DNA of 37,904 bases from NCBI GenBank assembly GCA_000934665.2, contig JYFJ02003767.1, positions 1 through 37,904 of the forward strand, read 5' to 3'. Below, in pieces: positions 1 to 12,492 of this stretch; the stretch's first letter is position 1; each line of letters starts with the position of its first letter. This stretch comes from Catajapyx aquilonaris (Eukaryota). Both the position numbers and the translations under genes were made by a program. Below the pieces are notes generated by a model that searched no databases, had not been told where the DNA came from, and worked only from the letters and a program-made list of their open reading frames with translations.

Positions 1-1822
1 CTCTCATTTTTTTTTTCTTTTCTATAAGTGGCGCGAAATTGCCGGAGCATTAATTATGCAGCAACGGAGACGGCGAATTTTATATATTCCGGACGGAATA
101 TTTTAGAAAAGCTGGACATGATCTGATGGAAAAATTCGAGGAGAGCCTGGCAATAAAGTGTTCGCTCTGGATGAGCTCCAGAAAAATTTTCTTCAGTCGC
201 ATTTGGAAGCGTCCTGGAAAACTTTGTCTGTTTTTTTTTTAAGTGTGGGTTTGTGAATAATGGACGAGGGATCGAATTGATGATTATCTTCGCTCGAGAA
301 AATCCTTAATTCGGACAGATCGTTGTTGCAGTTTGGGGGTGGGGAGGTTGAGTGATTAGCGGATTATTGGGTGGGGTGCTAAATGCATCTCATTACCCAA
401 AGCTCTACACATTTTTGCATTATAGCGAGCTGGGGAGCCCAGATGGAAGTAGCGTTACGTCTAAGTATCTCCAGCCTGGTTACTTGCCCGAAAAGGGCGG
501 GAAGGAGAAACTGCCGCCAATCAGCACTAACGATAAGTAAGCCAAGTGTTTTTTTCGCTGCTCTACATTATTACATGTGCTGCATGGAGAAGTATACCCT
601 TGACGAATGCGTTTATCGACCTGACCCAACTCAGGTGATATTAAACGGACACGCAAATGGGGGTGGTCTGTCCGCAGTAGTTAGACTGACAGTTATGGTG
701 GTTCCCAGGTTGGAAGGCTATAGAGAGAGAGAAAAAATCCCAAAAATAATTGAACCATTTCGGATATAGGAGTTGGCATTTGTCATCAAAGTTCTGGCCC
801 ACCTCCTTTTCCTGGGAGGGGAGGGCAAAGGAAAAAGGTCCCGGAGAAGGGTAATTCCAGTAATGGCGGAGGAAACGATCCTTGGGAGATGGGCCAATAA
901 CTCATAAGTTCCTGTGGTATTCGAGCCCAAGGTGAAACGTCTGCAGTGCTTGGCTGGGGAAGCAAGAATAAAAGCTGGGGGGGGAGGAAGAGCGGTGATC
1001 GGATTCTGTGCTTCGCAGTGTATAGGCCTTCCTCAATGTGTGACTAATGGAAAACGTCGCCCGATTGTGCAGGGAGAGGGCGCGCCAATTTGACCCAGTT
1101 GATCGGATAAGGTAAAAAAAGGACGGTTTCCTAGAATTAGCGGGCCCTTTTCAACAGGTCCGACGACGGTTACAAAAAGACCTGAAAATTTAAAGAGTAT
1201 TGCCTTGGAGGAGATATCAGCAATTTTATGAGGCGCTTTTGTCAGCTGTAACTGCTGAGGTTCAAAGCCAACTCTTGTGGCTTCTTGTGTGAATGAAAAT
1301 TAAGGAAAATCTGTGATTACGGAAAGTGCATAGATTTTTTGGTTAGATTTGAGTTGATACGTCCGGCCCTTAAACGCGGCTGTACGTATCAACACGTGTT
1401 AAGGGAACATTATAATATTATTATGGATGGATGTATGTTATGCAAACGCGTGGGAGATTTTTGTCTGAATTGGTGTTGATTGCACCTGTGATCGTCCGGA
1501 TTGTGCCGTTGTATAGGTATAGGTATAGGCCCTGGAGGTCGGCGATCTCACTTCAGTGATGCAACCCGATACGGATAAGCATTCTGCTGTATACAGAAAC
1601 CACTCCAATGTCAACTGTGGGAAATCTCAAGTAATTATTCTCTGTAACATCCAGTGAAACAAATATCAAAACTTTGTGGGAACCACCATGACTCGCCGTC
1701 TTGCACGAGAATTCAGTTTTTCGATAGAACATTGTGCACCATAATGTTCACCAAAAAAAAAAGTCTCTCTTGTAACTGGATTTGCCTCCTCCTCCTCCTC
1801 CACCACCTTTGCATTGATCCAG

Positions 1823-1961
1823 CATCACATATGTGGAGGTAAAAGAGGCTGGTGCTGCGAAGGAGGAGACGGCGAAAGAGGGTGAGGCGCAGGCGGCGAC
1901 GGAGGCACCGAACGAAGATAAAGGCACGACGGAAACGAAAGACGAAGGAACGGAAACGTGA
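1823..1961 (+). CDS. 3' coding exon of an unidentified gene entering from upstream; read-through isoform ending ...ITYVEVKEAGAAKEETAKEGEAQAATEAPNEDKGTTETKDEGTET*
   Basis: Polypyrimidine tract and CAG acceptor ending at 1822. Open frame with coding-like composition (E/K/A/T-rich, many G/C-ending codons) to TGA at 1959-1961. Internal donor GAG|GTAAAA at 1838/1839. Confidence 0.6.
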
Positions 1962-3816
1962 TGATCGAAGTGAATCAAAGTCCCTTTCTGCTCTGGATGG
2001 GGCCGGCCGACAATGTAAGTCTTGCGCGAGTATGCGTATTGCGAAATCACTCGTACGTTTGGCTGCTTCGTTGCACAGAGTCTCTCGCTCTCGAAATGAG
2101 TTTTTTAAGGGCTTCTTTCGTCGTATGTGTGTTTTTGAGTTGCTTGCAAGTTCATGTTGTGTTTTGGGCGAGTGTTATTTTGGTAATTGGAGAGAAAAGG
2201 GAATGCCCCCTATATGACACATGGCGTTGTTAAATTTCCACTGGAGCAAAAAATCTGTGGCTTTCCAGTGGGCTAAAAACTATTCATATAGATCAGGGTG
2301 GGGGCACTGCCTGAGTCCTTGTTCAAGAGGTGAGCTGGAGAGGAAGTTATGGATTGTCTACTCGAGAAACTTGTGTTCAGTGGGGGGGAAACACTTGTGA
2401 CAAGTGAATGTGGTCGTAATTTTGTTGCTCCCAGTGGGCTTATCTTTAAACTTGTTGCTGGAGTGGGCATCTACTTCGTTTACTCCAAACTTGGACTTGG
2501 AATTTGGGCTGCTCACTGCCGTATTATAATGAAGACCCTCTCTATATATGAAGAGCAGCAAATGGATGTCATCAGCAGTAAATAAGTATATATCGACGAC
2601 TATATTCTGCACGATTGCTAACTCAATTTGGACCTAAATCTGACTCTGATCTCAGGTCCTCATTAAATGTGTTTTTATCACGAACATATTACCACTGCAG
2701 TGAAATTTGTGCGTAATGGTGAAGTTTTCATTATAACCTTCGACATTTTACGGCTCATTTTGCTCCAGCGGAAATCGGGTCTGAGAAGAAAATTAATCTG
2801 TGTTTTCCTGTGCAAGGCCTGTCGTAATCAGGTATATAGTTACGGCGTTGTTTCCAGTTTAAAATAAATTATGTGCCCAACCATGATGTCCTCGGGGTAA
2901 TGAGAGAAAATCTGGATGTGTATCCTTATGCTTTCAAGTCGGTTTTACTAACTGCATGTTGCTTGTCATGATTTATTCTACGTAAGGCGCTGCTATATTA
3001 TATAAAAAAAGTGTTTTTGGATCGAAAAGAGACAGGAAATTGATGAATTCCTATAGGTGATGGTGCAACTGGTCAGTTGAACAAAATATTTTACGCTGCA
3101 CTCCGTGGTTTATTTTAGTGATAAATAGGCAAGTCGCCAGAAGCAGTGTAATCACAGGGAGTGGCCCTTCCAGGTATTGCCTGCCAGCTAATTTGAAGGG
3201 TTTATTTTTATTCCACGCAATTTGATCAGTGATTGGCGTAAGTGCGACACTGCGCACCCTCGAGTGTGTACGGAAATATGACCCCGGATCGATTACAGGA
3301 GAGGGGGGGTGTGTATGTAGGGAAGGGGGGGCAGCAAATCATTAATATTCCATTACGTCAGCACGACATACTGGGAACGTCCTCGCTTAAAACAACAAAC
3401 CAGCAGCAAAAGAGAGAGAGATGGGGCGAAGGGTGTGTAAAAAATTCACACATGCACGCGTCCGAAATAATGGACTTTCTATCAGCTGTTCATATTTTCC
3501 ACCTCATTGATCCTCAGCATGTGTTTTCGGATCTGATATGTCCACCCGAATGACTCCGCCCCATTGATTTTTTAGCCGTGTCAACTCGCATACCAGCACT
3601 AATAATCCCGTTGTTCTCGCAGCGACCTGTTCGCTTTAATTGTTATTGGCTTTATTACGTGTCTGTCGTTGCAGAACTAATAGCATGTTTTTGTAAGTAG
3701 GTCGCTCCTATTTAATATCCAAGTGTTGTGAACAGTATTTTTTTTTTAATGCTACACACCCGGTTGACTTACTTGTCCTGACCTTAGGATTCCATTTTTA
3801 AAAAACCCTTTGACAG

Positions 3817-3927
3817 AAACTAGAAGAGGACGAGGACAACACCCACCTCAACTCGGAGTGGGCCGACCCTGGAAGCCTGCAGCGCTCTTTCCAAGGCATC
3901 AAGAACATCAGCTGGAAGCCCAAGTAA
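3817..3927 (+). CDS. Alternative terminal coding exon KLEEDEDNTHLNSEWADPGSLQRSFQGIKNISWKPK* of the same unidentified gene
   Basis: ccctttgacag acceptor ending at 3816. 36 codons with strong third-position C/G bias, then TAA. Phase 0 matches the donor at 1838. Followed by about 2 kb of UTR-like sequence. Confidence 0.65.
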   Translation, partial: KLEEDEDNTHLNSEWADPGSLQRSFQGIKNISWKPK

Positions 3928-5857
3928 AACACACCCCCCAAAAAATGCGAACAAAAAAAAGGGAGGATGCTTAACGAAAACAGACGAAACAAGGTTGTGT
4001 CTCTTACAGTCAAGAGAGGAAAAAAAAAAAACTTCAAGAAAGACCGACTTCTGTGAGTGTTGCGAATTCTGCTTTTATGGATTACAAAATGAGTTTTCAA
4101 TCTCGGGCCAGAAGAATTTTTTCGACCTCTGCTGATTACAAGTTTTAATCTCTTCTTTTTTTTATCTTTTAAAAAATATATATTCAGTTGAGTTGTGTCG
4201 GCTCGTTCGTATGGGCCCTAAATAAGCCGTAATTTTCCCCGTCCCAGTGTGTGTTTTAACATGGAACAGTGTTAGAGTCAGTGTCACGTGATCATCGGAC
4301 ACAACACGCGCGCAAACACCAACACACACAAACACGTACAACACACTTTTGAAAGAAGAAGAAGAAGAAGAAGAAAAAAAAAATGGTAATACCACTACTT
4401 TAAAACTACTTGCACGGTATTTTTTAAGTTCCTTCTTATACCTTTCCCTCTTTTTGTATTTCAAACCGCCTGCACTTAGTGTGACGTCCACTAATTCCCT
4501 CCAGAATCTTTCTTCGTTTAAAAAAACCTTCGTTTTCTCTTCCGTCATGCTTTTTGTGTGCCAAACATCTTTAAGAAGAGCACCTTTTTTCCCTCCCCCC
4601 TCCTCTGAGCTTCTAGTCCAGAATTTTGGGCTTTTTCGTGCCTCCCATACTTTTTTGGGAGGCTCGTATGCTCCCACCTGCATCTTAGTCCCCCCCACCC
4701 CCCACCCATCCCCCCCCCCCAAAAAAAAACGCAGAAAAAAAGGAAGCTACATCCGGATATCGATTTGGAATGTTGGGGGGTGCAGAAGAAGACCCTGCCC
4801 TATATGCGATCCAGGAACACACTTGTTGGTTTCAATGTTTGCTGTGGGATGAATTGCAGTGGGTGTGTTTCATGGGAGGGTAATTGCAAACCAACGTCCC
4901 ACCCTTGTTTTTTTTTCCCTCTCCTCTCTCTCTATGACCCATCTCTATATATATCTCTCTCACGAACTCTTGTGTGCTTCGGCTCTTTTAAATCCCGAAT
5001 TTATTAGTCTCGATCGCTGAAACCAGGCTCAAAATAATAAAGAAAATAAATGCGCGGTGTTTGCATGGCCGCGTGTGTATATAATGATAGGACTATGTGT
5101 AACCCGCGCAGGAGGAAAACCGATGGAGTATGTAGATTTTGTACGTCTGTACTTTTTTTTTTTGGCATTGGATGCACCTTGTCCAAAAAGTAATTAATTA
5201 GCACTGCCCTTAGCATTGTTGCCATTTATATGCATTTTTTGGGCTTTGCTGAACGCACCCGGACAACAGTGGGGAATTTGCATAAAAATATCTTCTGGTG
5301 TGTCATATAGCCAAAAACTGGGAACGTGTGTTGTAAAAAATAAAGGTGGAGCTTGTTTTTATACCTAGTGTACAGTGTACACAATTGAAGATCGATAATT
5401 ATTGGTTCCCCCCTTTTTTTTGTCCAAAGTCAGATCGGGTTACGCAACTGATATCACGAGCTTTTTCCGTGGGATTCGATGCTTATACGTACAGTACGTT
5501 ATACGGCTTTGGCAACAGATTACCCGGAATGGGGGCTTTTTTTTTTTTTTGATGGCATGTTTGGATTACAGAAACGCTATAGTTATTAAACCCCCACAAT
5601 TTTTAGAGCATTTCAGGGTCGAAACCTAGCGTTTGTATAATGTATCGGCTTTTTTGCACACTGTTCCTAAAAAATCTAGCAAACGAATCTTTAGGCCACG
5701 CGACCGAACTGTATATAGGAATCCCCGCAGTTTTTTATGGCATACCGGCTGCACATGTTCAGCAGGTATATACACACAAACACACGCGGCTGTGCAAACC
5801 TCTCGCGAAAAACATAACCAGTTTCGCCTCCATGCCTGCCTCCCTTTAAACGAGGTA

Positions 5858-6057
5858 AATAAAATAAAAAAAGACTTTCTATACGCCATGTTGTCGTGGG
5901 CTCCTCCATTTTAAAAATAAAAATAAATAAAGAAGAAAATCCACCCACATCGCTATATTAATACAATAATAAAAATACACCATCCAAAATAAGTGCTGCA
6001 AATTTTAAAGAAGTGTAATCAAGCGCCATTTTACGTTGTTTTTTTTTCGTGGTTTTC
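5858..6057 (+). terminator. Polyadenylation signal cluster ending the long 3' UTR of the upstream + strand gene
   Basis: AATAAA at 5858, 5916 and 5968, followed by a GT/T-rich downstream element at about 6031-6057. Confidence 0.45.
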
Positions 6058-9000
6058 AATCAGATTTTTTGTGTGGAGAAAGGTGCAACTTATCACGTGG
6101 CTACGGGTACCGCACCACACATCACACAGTTAACATACATCATATTGCGTCTGGGTATATCATTCGTGTTATATGATCAGTAGTTTCACATGTAGTTTTT
6201 TTTGGCCCCCGCGTGCACACACTCGTTCATTTTTTTTTTTTCGGGTCCGGATAATCACCAATGCACTCTTTTATCCCGAATTTTAAACATTGCGGACACA
6301 TGAAAATGCGAATTTACCTGTACAGTACTGGGAATAACTGCGCAGCACAACGTGGTGTAGCAGCTTTATGTGAAACCATTTGTCTATTTTGGCTACAGCG
6401 AGTGTAGTTTTTGGTAGACTGCTAGTGATTCCGCTGTACAGTGAGCGACGCAGCAGAACCTGATTTTTTTGGCGAAAATCCACAGGAAAAATTTTGTTGC
6501 CTCCTGAATAATGCCCGTGAACCGAATCCATCCGATATCGAATTGCGAATTGGCGCCAAATGCTATATATCCACCACTGCTATACAGTATATAAAAGAAA
6601 ACGAAATACAGATTGCCTTTCGTCGAGTACACACAACGCAATCGACCGCGACAGAAAAAGCCTGCATGCAGTTTTTTTTTTTTCTCCTTAAAAAAAGTCA
6701 GTGTGGTCATCGTCGTGCTCGTCATTGTTGTTGGATCGTAGCAACGAATTTACACTTTTGGGTTGGGATTATAAGAACACACAAACACAGCAAAACAAAA
6801 ACCACAAAAACCACAAAAAAAAAGTTATGCTTCTTCCTCCGAGTTGCGGGGAAGATGACATCGTCGAATGATTTCCAAGCCATGCTGGGAATGACAATTT
6901 TTCTTCCAAAGAAAGTGTATTTGGAAATCACAGCTCAAAAAGTTTTAAGAAGTGTAGAGCAAGGCGGGAGGGTCGTGTTCTCTCTCAATGTGTCGTTTTT
7001 TGTGNCCCCCCATCCTTTTTTTTGTTGAGCAGACTGACGAGGTTATAAAAATCGCAGAGCCTTCCATCTGCATGGCTGAGACAAGTATGTCACTGTTTTA
7101 ATTCTAGTCAATGTCACCCGTTCAGTTTTTGTTTGTACAAAAAATGTATAGTTAGCGACGATAACCGTTATGTTCCCCCAATCTGGATATTATTATTTTT
7201 GAGTGTGTGAGTATGTGTATGGAATATATGGCATGTTGTTGGTAGGAGATCTGCGTTGAGTTCATGGAAACGACGCGTTTCGACGAGTCTAATAATAATA
7301 AAAAAACGAACGCACGTTTTTAAAAATAATAATGAGGGAACAGGAGCTGGTTAGATTACGTTTTACGAAATATTTGCACACCATACTTTTCAATGCAAGT
7401 TTCCTTTTTTTAAAAAAAAAAAAGTTTTGTTTACTAGAAACCGCACCGTAGGATAAGAGAATTTTCATGAAAATATTTGGGACGTGGATATCGGAATCGT
7501 GAAATGGAATTTGGGTCCAAAGGAGAAAAGAGCTTGAACGTTTATAATTTTATATCTCCCTGTGATGAGTTTAGCCAACGAAAAAGAAAGTGATGTAATG
7601 GCAACGGGGGAGGAAAAAGAGAGAAAAAAAGGGGGGAGGCGAAAGATTTCCTACCAACTTTTTTTTCTTGGGCCTGTATGTGCATATTTGGGAGCCTTTT
7701 TTTTTTCCTCAACTTCATCGTGGGTGCGCAGTGCTCGTCATCCGTTAGACCAGCTTGTATGTAGTGCGTCCATTACCAACCAGAAAAAAACAGAGAGAGA
7801 GAAATTATTTCACGTGCAGAGTAACCTGCACGCCATGTTACTTAGGCGGCTGCCACGTTGGAAAAATAAAGCGAGCCAGGTTTTAACCACTGGTTTTTTT
7901 TCCCCGGTAATGTCCTCATTTTTTAAAAAAAATATGGTTCTGAAGGGTTGCATATAACACATGCGAATGTTGCATGCCCCCCACACGTTAATAGGTCACC
8001 AGACTTGGGAATCGATGGCTTCCTTGTCGAAGAGGAGTCATTACGTATGACTAGGAAACCTTGAGGTTTCGATCCATCTACCTGAGCCCCCGTGCAACAA
8101 TGGCTGCCCCACTCGTTTTGCTCAATCTTTAATGGTCAGGAACCCCCTCATTTTAGAGGTCTAATTAGCGAGGGGTTTTGTATGCAGGGCTGGTCGTCTC
8201 CAAGTGCATTCAGGCCCTCTTGCCTCCTCTTCAACGGGGCTCACAATTAGTAATTATGGCGGATGTGGGACCGGAATGTGATCGGGTTGTTTGTGTAGAA
8301 AGTGCGAAAAGATCGATGCAATAATTGGCAGCTGTGTGGCGCTTAACGCCCCAGTTTGTGGCAGGTTGCAGTTTTTGGCACACATACTTGTCAACAGGAT
8401 GGAAATTAATAATTGAAGTGTTGGGCTTCAGGAGCGATTTTTTTTAAAAAGAGAAGCAACAATCATCCTGCATTGTTACCAGACATTCTGCCAGTTCGTG
8501 AAGTGACAGAGGCATCTGGCAAAAAGCAATTAGAGAAATGGGTGAGGACGGAATTTTTAAGATCAGGGTCTCATGTCCATGCCTGCCTGCCGTTGACAGA
8601 ATTTTGGGGGGGATTTTCAATGGAAGGAATTTTTATTGCAGCCTGGTTTGTCTAGCAGGATCTGAAGAAAAAAAAGAGAGAGAGGGAAGTATTTCGGTTA
8701 ATCTGGTTTGAGTGCATACTAACCGCTGCGGGTTGTTCTTATAGGCGATCGAAGGAGTTGGATGCCACGGACGGAAATGGCTTGGGATTCAGCAGGGCCC
8801 CGGTCCAGCACTCGATATCAATATTTTAGGAGGTCCGCCACTGCTGCTTGCTGCTCACGGGTAACCTTACATGGCTGTTCAAGGAAGGGGGGGTTAGAGT
8901 AATCATGCGGACATTTTTTATCCAACCGTTTTTTTTTTCTTCTTCCAGGAGGTGGGCTGCCTTTTGTGTACTAATGCAGAGTGCATGTGGAATGCTGAAG

Positions 9001-9167
9001 GCGCTTTATGAATATTTATGCCCAGGGAAAGTTGGAGTAATTTGTCAGCCTTGTTTCGGACCTCGAGTCGTGTTCTGCAGTGTCTTTAACTGGCTAGGTA
9101 AAGCCTGATGTTACGTGCTGTGATCAACAAGGACAGTGGGCCAGAAATTGAGTGATTGATTGGATAC

Positions 9168-9290
9168 TTTTGGCACAACATCAACTTTGGCTACACTGCA
9201 TCTTTGTAAAAAATAAATTCAATAAAATAAATACATTATTACAGTAATTTCAGCTAGGCCATAAGGCATTGGAAATAAGTGTGAAAGCAT
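9168..9290 (+). repeat. About 120-bp diverged direct repeat, copy 1 (copy 2 at about 11667-11780)
   Basis: ttttggcac(a)aca-tcaactttggctacactg...ctttgtaa...cagctagg...cattggaaataa is shared with 11667-11780. Confidence 0.7.
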
Positions 9291-10247
9291 CAATTCTTTC
9301 AGTGCATAATTTTGGAATGTGAACACTGTAAATTCATTGCAGTCTTGGCATGGACTTTACTGGTGATCATTAGTCATCATTTGAATAAATATATGCAATT
9401 GATTTTTTTCAAGCTCCTCTTTGACATTCTTGTCGCATGGATTTAAACCCCATTTACGCTGTGTCTCGCTGTGCCCACCACCAGTGTGTAATGAGCGCAG
9501 CTGATGCATTAGCATGTCGGGAACATCAGCTGCCACTTACAAATTGGCAAGCAAGTATCCCGGTGACAATTTGGAATGCATGATGTAGTGTGCAGGTTTA
9601 ATCTGCTCTATATTTTTAAAATTTAGCCACTCTCCTACTGTATGCCAGTGTCAACATGGTTCTTGACTTCCTTGCTCACACAACTTTCTCGATGTAAGCG
9701 GTCATGAATATTACTATTGATTGCTGCTGATATTAACACTGCACAAAGGTTGACTTTCCCTTAATTTTTAACCTGTCTGATAATTACTTGAATGTACTTC
9801 GCCTGAGATTTTCTACCCATATTTGCCATAATTATATGCTAAATGGAAATGTGTTGTTTTTATCATAATGGAAGGAGTGGGTCAGTAGCAAGTTTCACTA
9901 ATTTTTTTTTCACTAACTTTTATGGAGATTTTTACAATGAGTGTCAAAATTATTGCAGATGTTTCAAAGCCTTGGGAAAACGTTGAAATTGGGTGGAACA
10001 GCTTCCAGATTCTTGCTTTTGGATTACGCTGACCAAGAGAATCAGGCTGGGAGGGTTTCAAAATGACGGACCTGTTTTGAAGCCAGCAACTTTCAAGCCT
10101 GATGATCAGCAGTCCTCAGAAGTGCATTTTGTGATGTCACCTATTAACAACAGGCAAGTATTACTTCTCGTGGCCATTGACAGTTGGATCTGTGGCAGAT
10201 TTAATTTTCTGCTCTGTCTTTGGTCAATAAGGCGAATCCGTCTGTGA

Positions 10248-10400
10248 GGCTACGGAGCATGTTGGTTAGGCATTCAAGTTTGCATTCAGGAGGTGTCAAG
10301 TTTAATTCCATTCCCAACAATCCTGACTCAGGACTTTATGTGTGTTTATCCTGGTTGATGCCCTTACTGTGTTAGTGCTTCTTCCAAGAGACTAAATAAC
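10248..10400 (+). mobile_element. Possible degenerate tRNA-derived SINE head
   Basis: A-box-like (ggagcatgttggttag) and B-box-like (agtttaattcc) elements at tRNA-like spacing. Too degenerate to fold as a tRNA. Confidence 0.3.
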
Positions 10401-11041
10401 TGCAATATGGCTGTGGGACTAGGGTATAAGAGTAAGCATTTGGGTAGGACGACTCTGGAGGATTGACATATTATGAAACCTGCCCTTTAGATTGCAACAG
10501 GTGCTGCTAGCAGCTGATGGCATGTATGGTCGCATTTATACGCCCACATAGGCAATGCCAAGCATTTAGCCCTTGCTTCACTACTTGTACGTGTAATTAA
10601 AAGTAAATCATAACTATAGGAAAGCCAGTGGTGTTTTGTACTAGTGGAAATATTTTCCAAAATCGAATGAAAATATTGGGTCTATGGCCAAAAAAAAAAA
10701 ATTTGAGTGGATGTAGACAGAGCTCTTATTTGTCAAATATCCATAACTTTTTTTGTGAAGACCTAAAAAAGAGATATCGGCAGAATTGTACTGCAAATTA
10801 TCCCATTTCAAGGCATAAAATTATTACAAAATTTTCCAATCGGATTTGGACTAATTATCCTCATTTCAATAATATTTCTTACAGGGATGTGTATTATTTC
10901 AAATACACTGGGCCTTGATTGCGTTGGGTATTTCAACAGCAATGGGCTGCATACATAAGTTAACTGTAGGACATATTACTCAATTACTCATATTACTTCA
11001 ATTACTCGTTAGTTTGCTTTAAATTCAATTTGTTTTCAATG

Positions 11042-11630
11042 GTATCAGTTACTGATTGGTAGCTTACTGCAAGTTATGAAGTGCTGCAAGTAAAATGTGT
11101 GCTCCCTAATACCTCATTGGCAATTTTCCAAGTCAACTCTCTCCATGACAAAAAGTGTACTGACCTCTTGACATGCGCTGATGGGGAGGGTGGAGCATCC
11201 AGGCCATTTTGACCTCTGCTCACGTAAGCGCCTAGGATGATGGTGGGGATCTCTGGGCCAAAAACCACCTGCAGGTGATTACCCCTCCCTCTTGGACAAC
11301 CCAGGCTTCATCCACTGCATTGGTGGGGTTGGTTCCCTGCAGCTTACACCTGATCTTGTCAGATATATTTAACATATTATGGAGGTGGTGTTTCCGCCTA
11401 ACAATGTCCAATGTAACATACTGGGTCAACAATCCAATTTTTGTGTCAGCCACAAACATGATTTTTCCATCCAGATTTTCCAGATCCATCTTTTCCATCT
11501 CTGAGAGGTCTTCCTTCAGAAAATTCAGACCTCGATTGAATTTCATTATGAAACGTTTGGATAGTTCCTGCCCAGAGCTAAAGGCATCAATTCGGGGGAG
11601 ATTACGTACGAAAGCCCTGTAAGGCATCCG
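11042..11630 (-). pseudogene. Argonaute-like pseudogene fragment (copy D): MID exon only, with a frameshift and a deletion of most of PIWI
   Basis: Acceptor ccttacag at 11617, then ...FVADTKIGLLTQYV...SDKIRCKLQGTN.... A net insertion of about 11 nt near 11270 shifts the frame before VFGPEIPTIILGAYV. At about 11177, PSPS joins directly to HVKR|gtcagtacac, deleting about 900 bp relative to copy A. Intron homology to copy A continues to about 11042. Confidence 0.85.
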
Positions 11631-11666
11631 TGCCACATACCCCAAGAGGGTCAGGCACAAGGTTTC

Positions 11667-11780
11667 TTTTGGCGCAAATCAACTTTGGCTACACTGAACC
11701 TTTGTAAGAGAAAAATTAAATATAATACAGTATTTGCAGCTAGGCTGTAACATTGGAAATAAAATATTATATTGAGCATT
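11667..11780 (+). repeat. About 120-bp diverged direct repeat, copy 2, close to the truncated 5' end of pseudogene D
   Basis: Matches 9168-9290. Confidence 0.7.
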
Positions 11781-12492
11781 AGTAATCGAAAAATATCTGC
11801 CAGTGTGAAAATTGATAAAAATATGTAGCTAACTCCGCCATACACATTTATTGGCAACTATGGCAATTTCACAACGTTACAGGCTCTTCAAAAATGGGTC
11901 TTTGGTTTTTCATTGAAATAAAAAGGTGAAACCGATTAAAAAGTACTCGCTCTGAATATGGGGGGGGGGGAAAAAAGTATAAGCATGTGGTGCAGGAAAA
12001 AACCACCTGAAAACCCATGTTGTAATAACAAAACTTAGCTTGAAATCACACAGGACATGATTGAAATTTTAGTGCATAAAACATAAACCAAAGTGAAATG
12101 TCTTGTTATCTGTTCACTGACAAGTAAAAAAACTCCTTAAATGCAATGAGATGTTGGTTAGAAACAAAAACCACAGCAAAAATATAGGACTTACTGGTAC
12201 CCTGAAGTTACTGAAGATATGTAAGTTCATTTTAGGTTAAGAAGGAGAACCTAATACCCCATCACAAAAAAAAAAACTAAAAAAAAAGTTTCCTGTCTAC
12301 ATAATTATCACAACCAAACACAAGCACAAATTAATGTTACTAGACTTTCACTGGGAAGGAAAAATCCACTACAAGCTGAGACAAGGCAGGTTTTGTCGCA
12401 TGATCCAAACTAAAAGAAATGTTAGCCTAAACTGGTTGGAAATGGCTCTGCTAGTAACAATCCGAACCGAACGATCATGACATATTTTCATC

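Noticed and set aside
1852..2217. Arg-rich protamine-like ORF (MLRRRRRRKR...)
   Set aside because: It is an alternative frame of the E/A/K-rich exon at 1823-1961, has a non-ATG start, and runs into UTR-like sequence.
7900..8420. TAAT-rich, enhancer-like blocks (also at about 3050-3700)
   Set aside because: Short homeodomain-like motifs cannot be distinguished from chance without conservation or chromatin data.
4162..9108. Many 60-195 aa ORFs on both strands
   Set aside because: They are driven by homopolymer and simple-repeat tracts, with no domain motifs or codon bias. This is consistent with 3' UTR and intergenic DNA. There is one ambiguous base at 7005.
9959..10247. Exon-like segment and 84-aa ORF on the + strand
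   Set aside because: There is an acceptor-like site, but no recognisable protein, an early stop in the frame I checked from that acceptor, and no partner exons.
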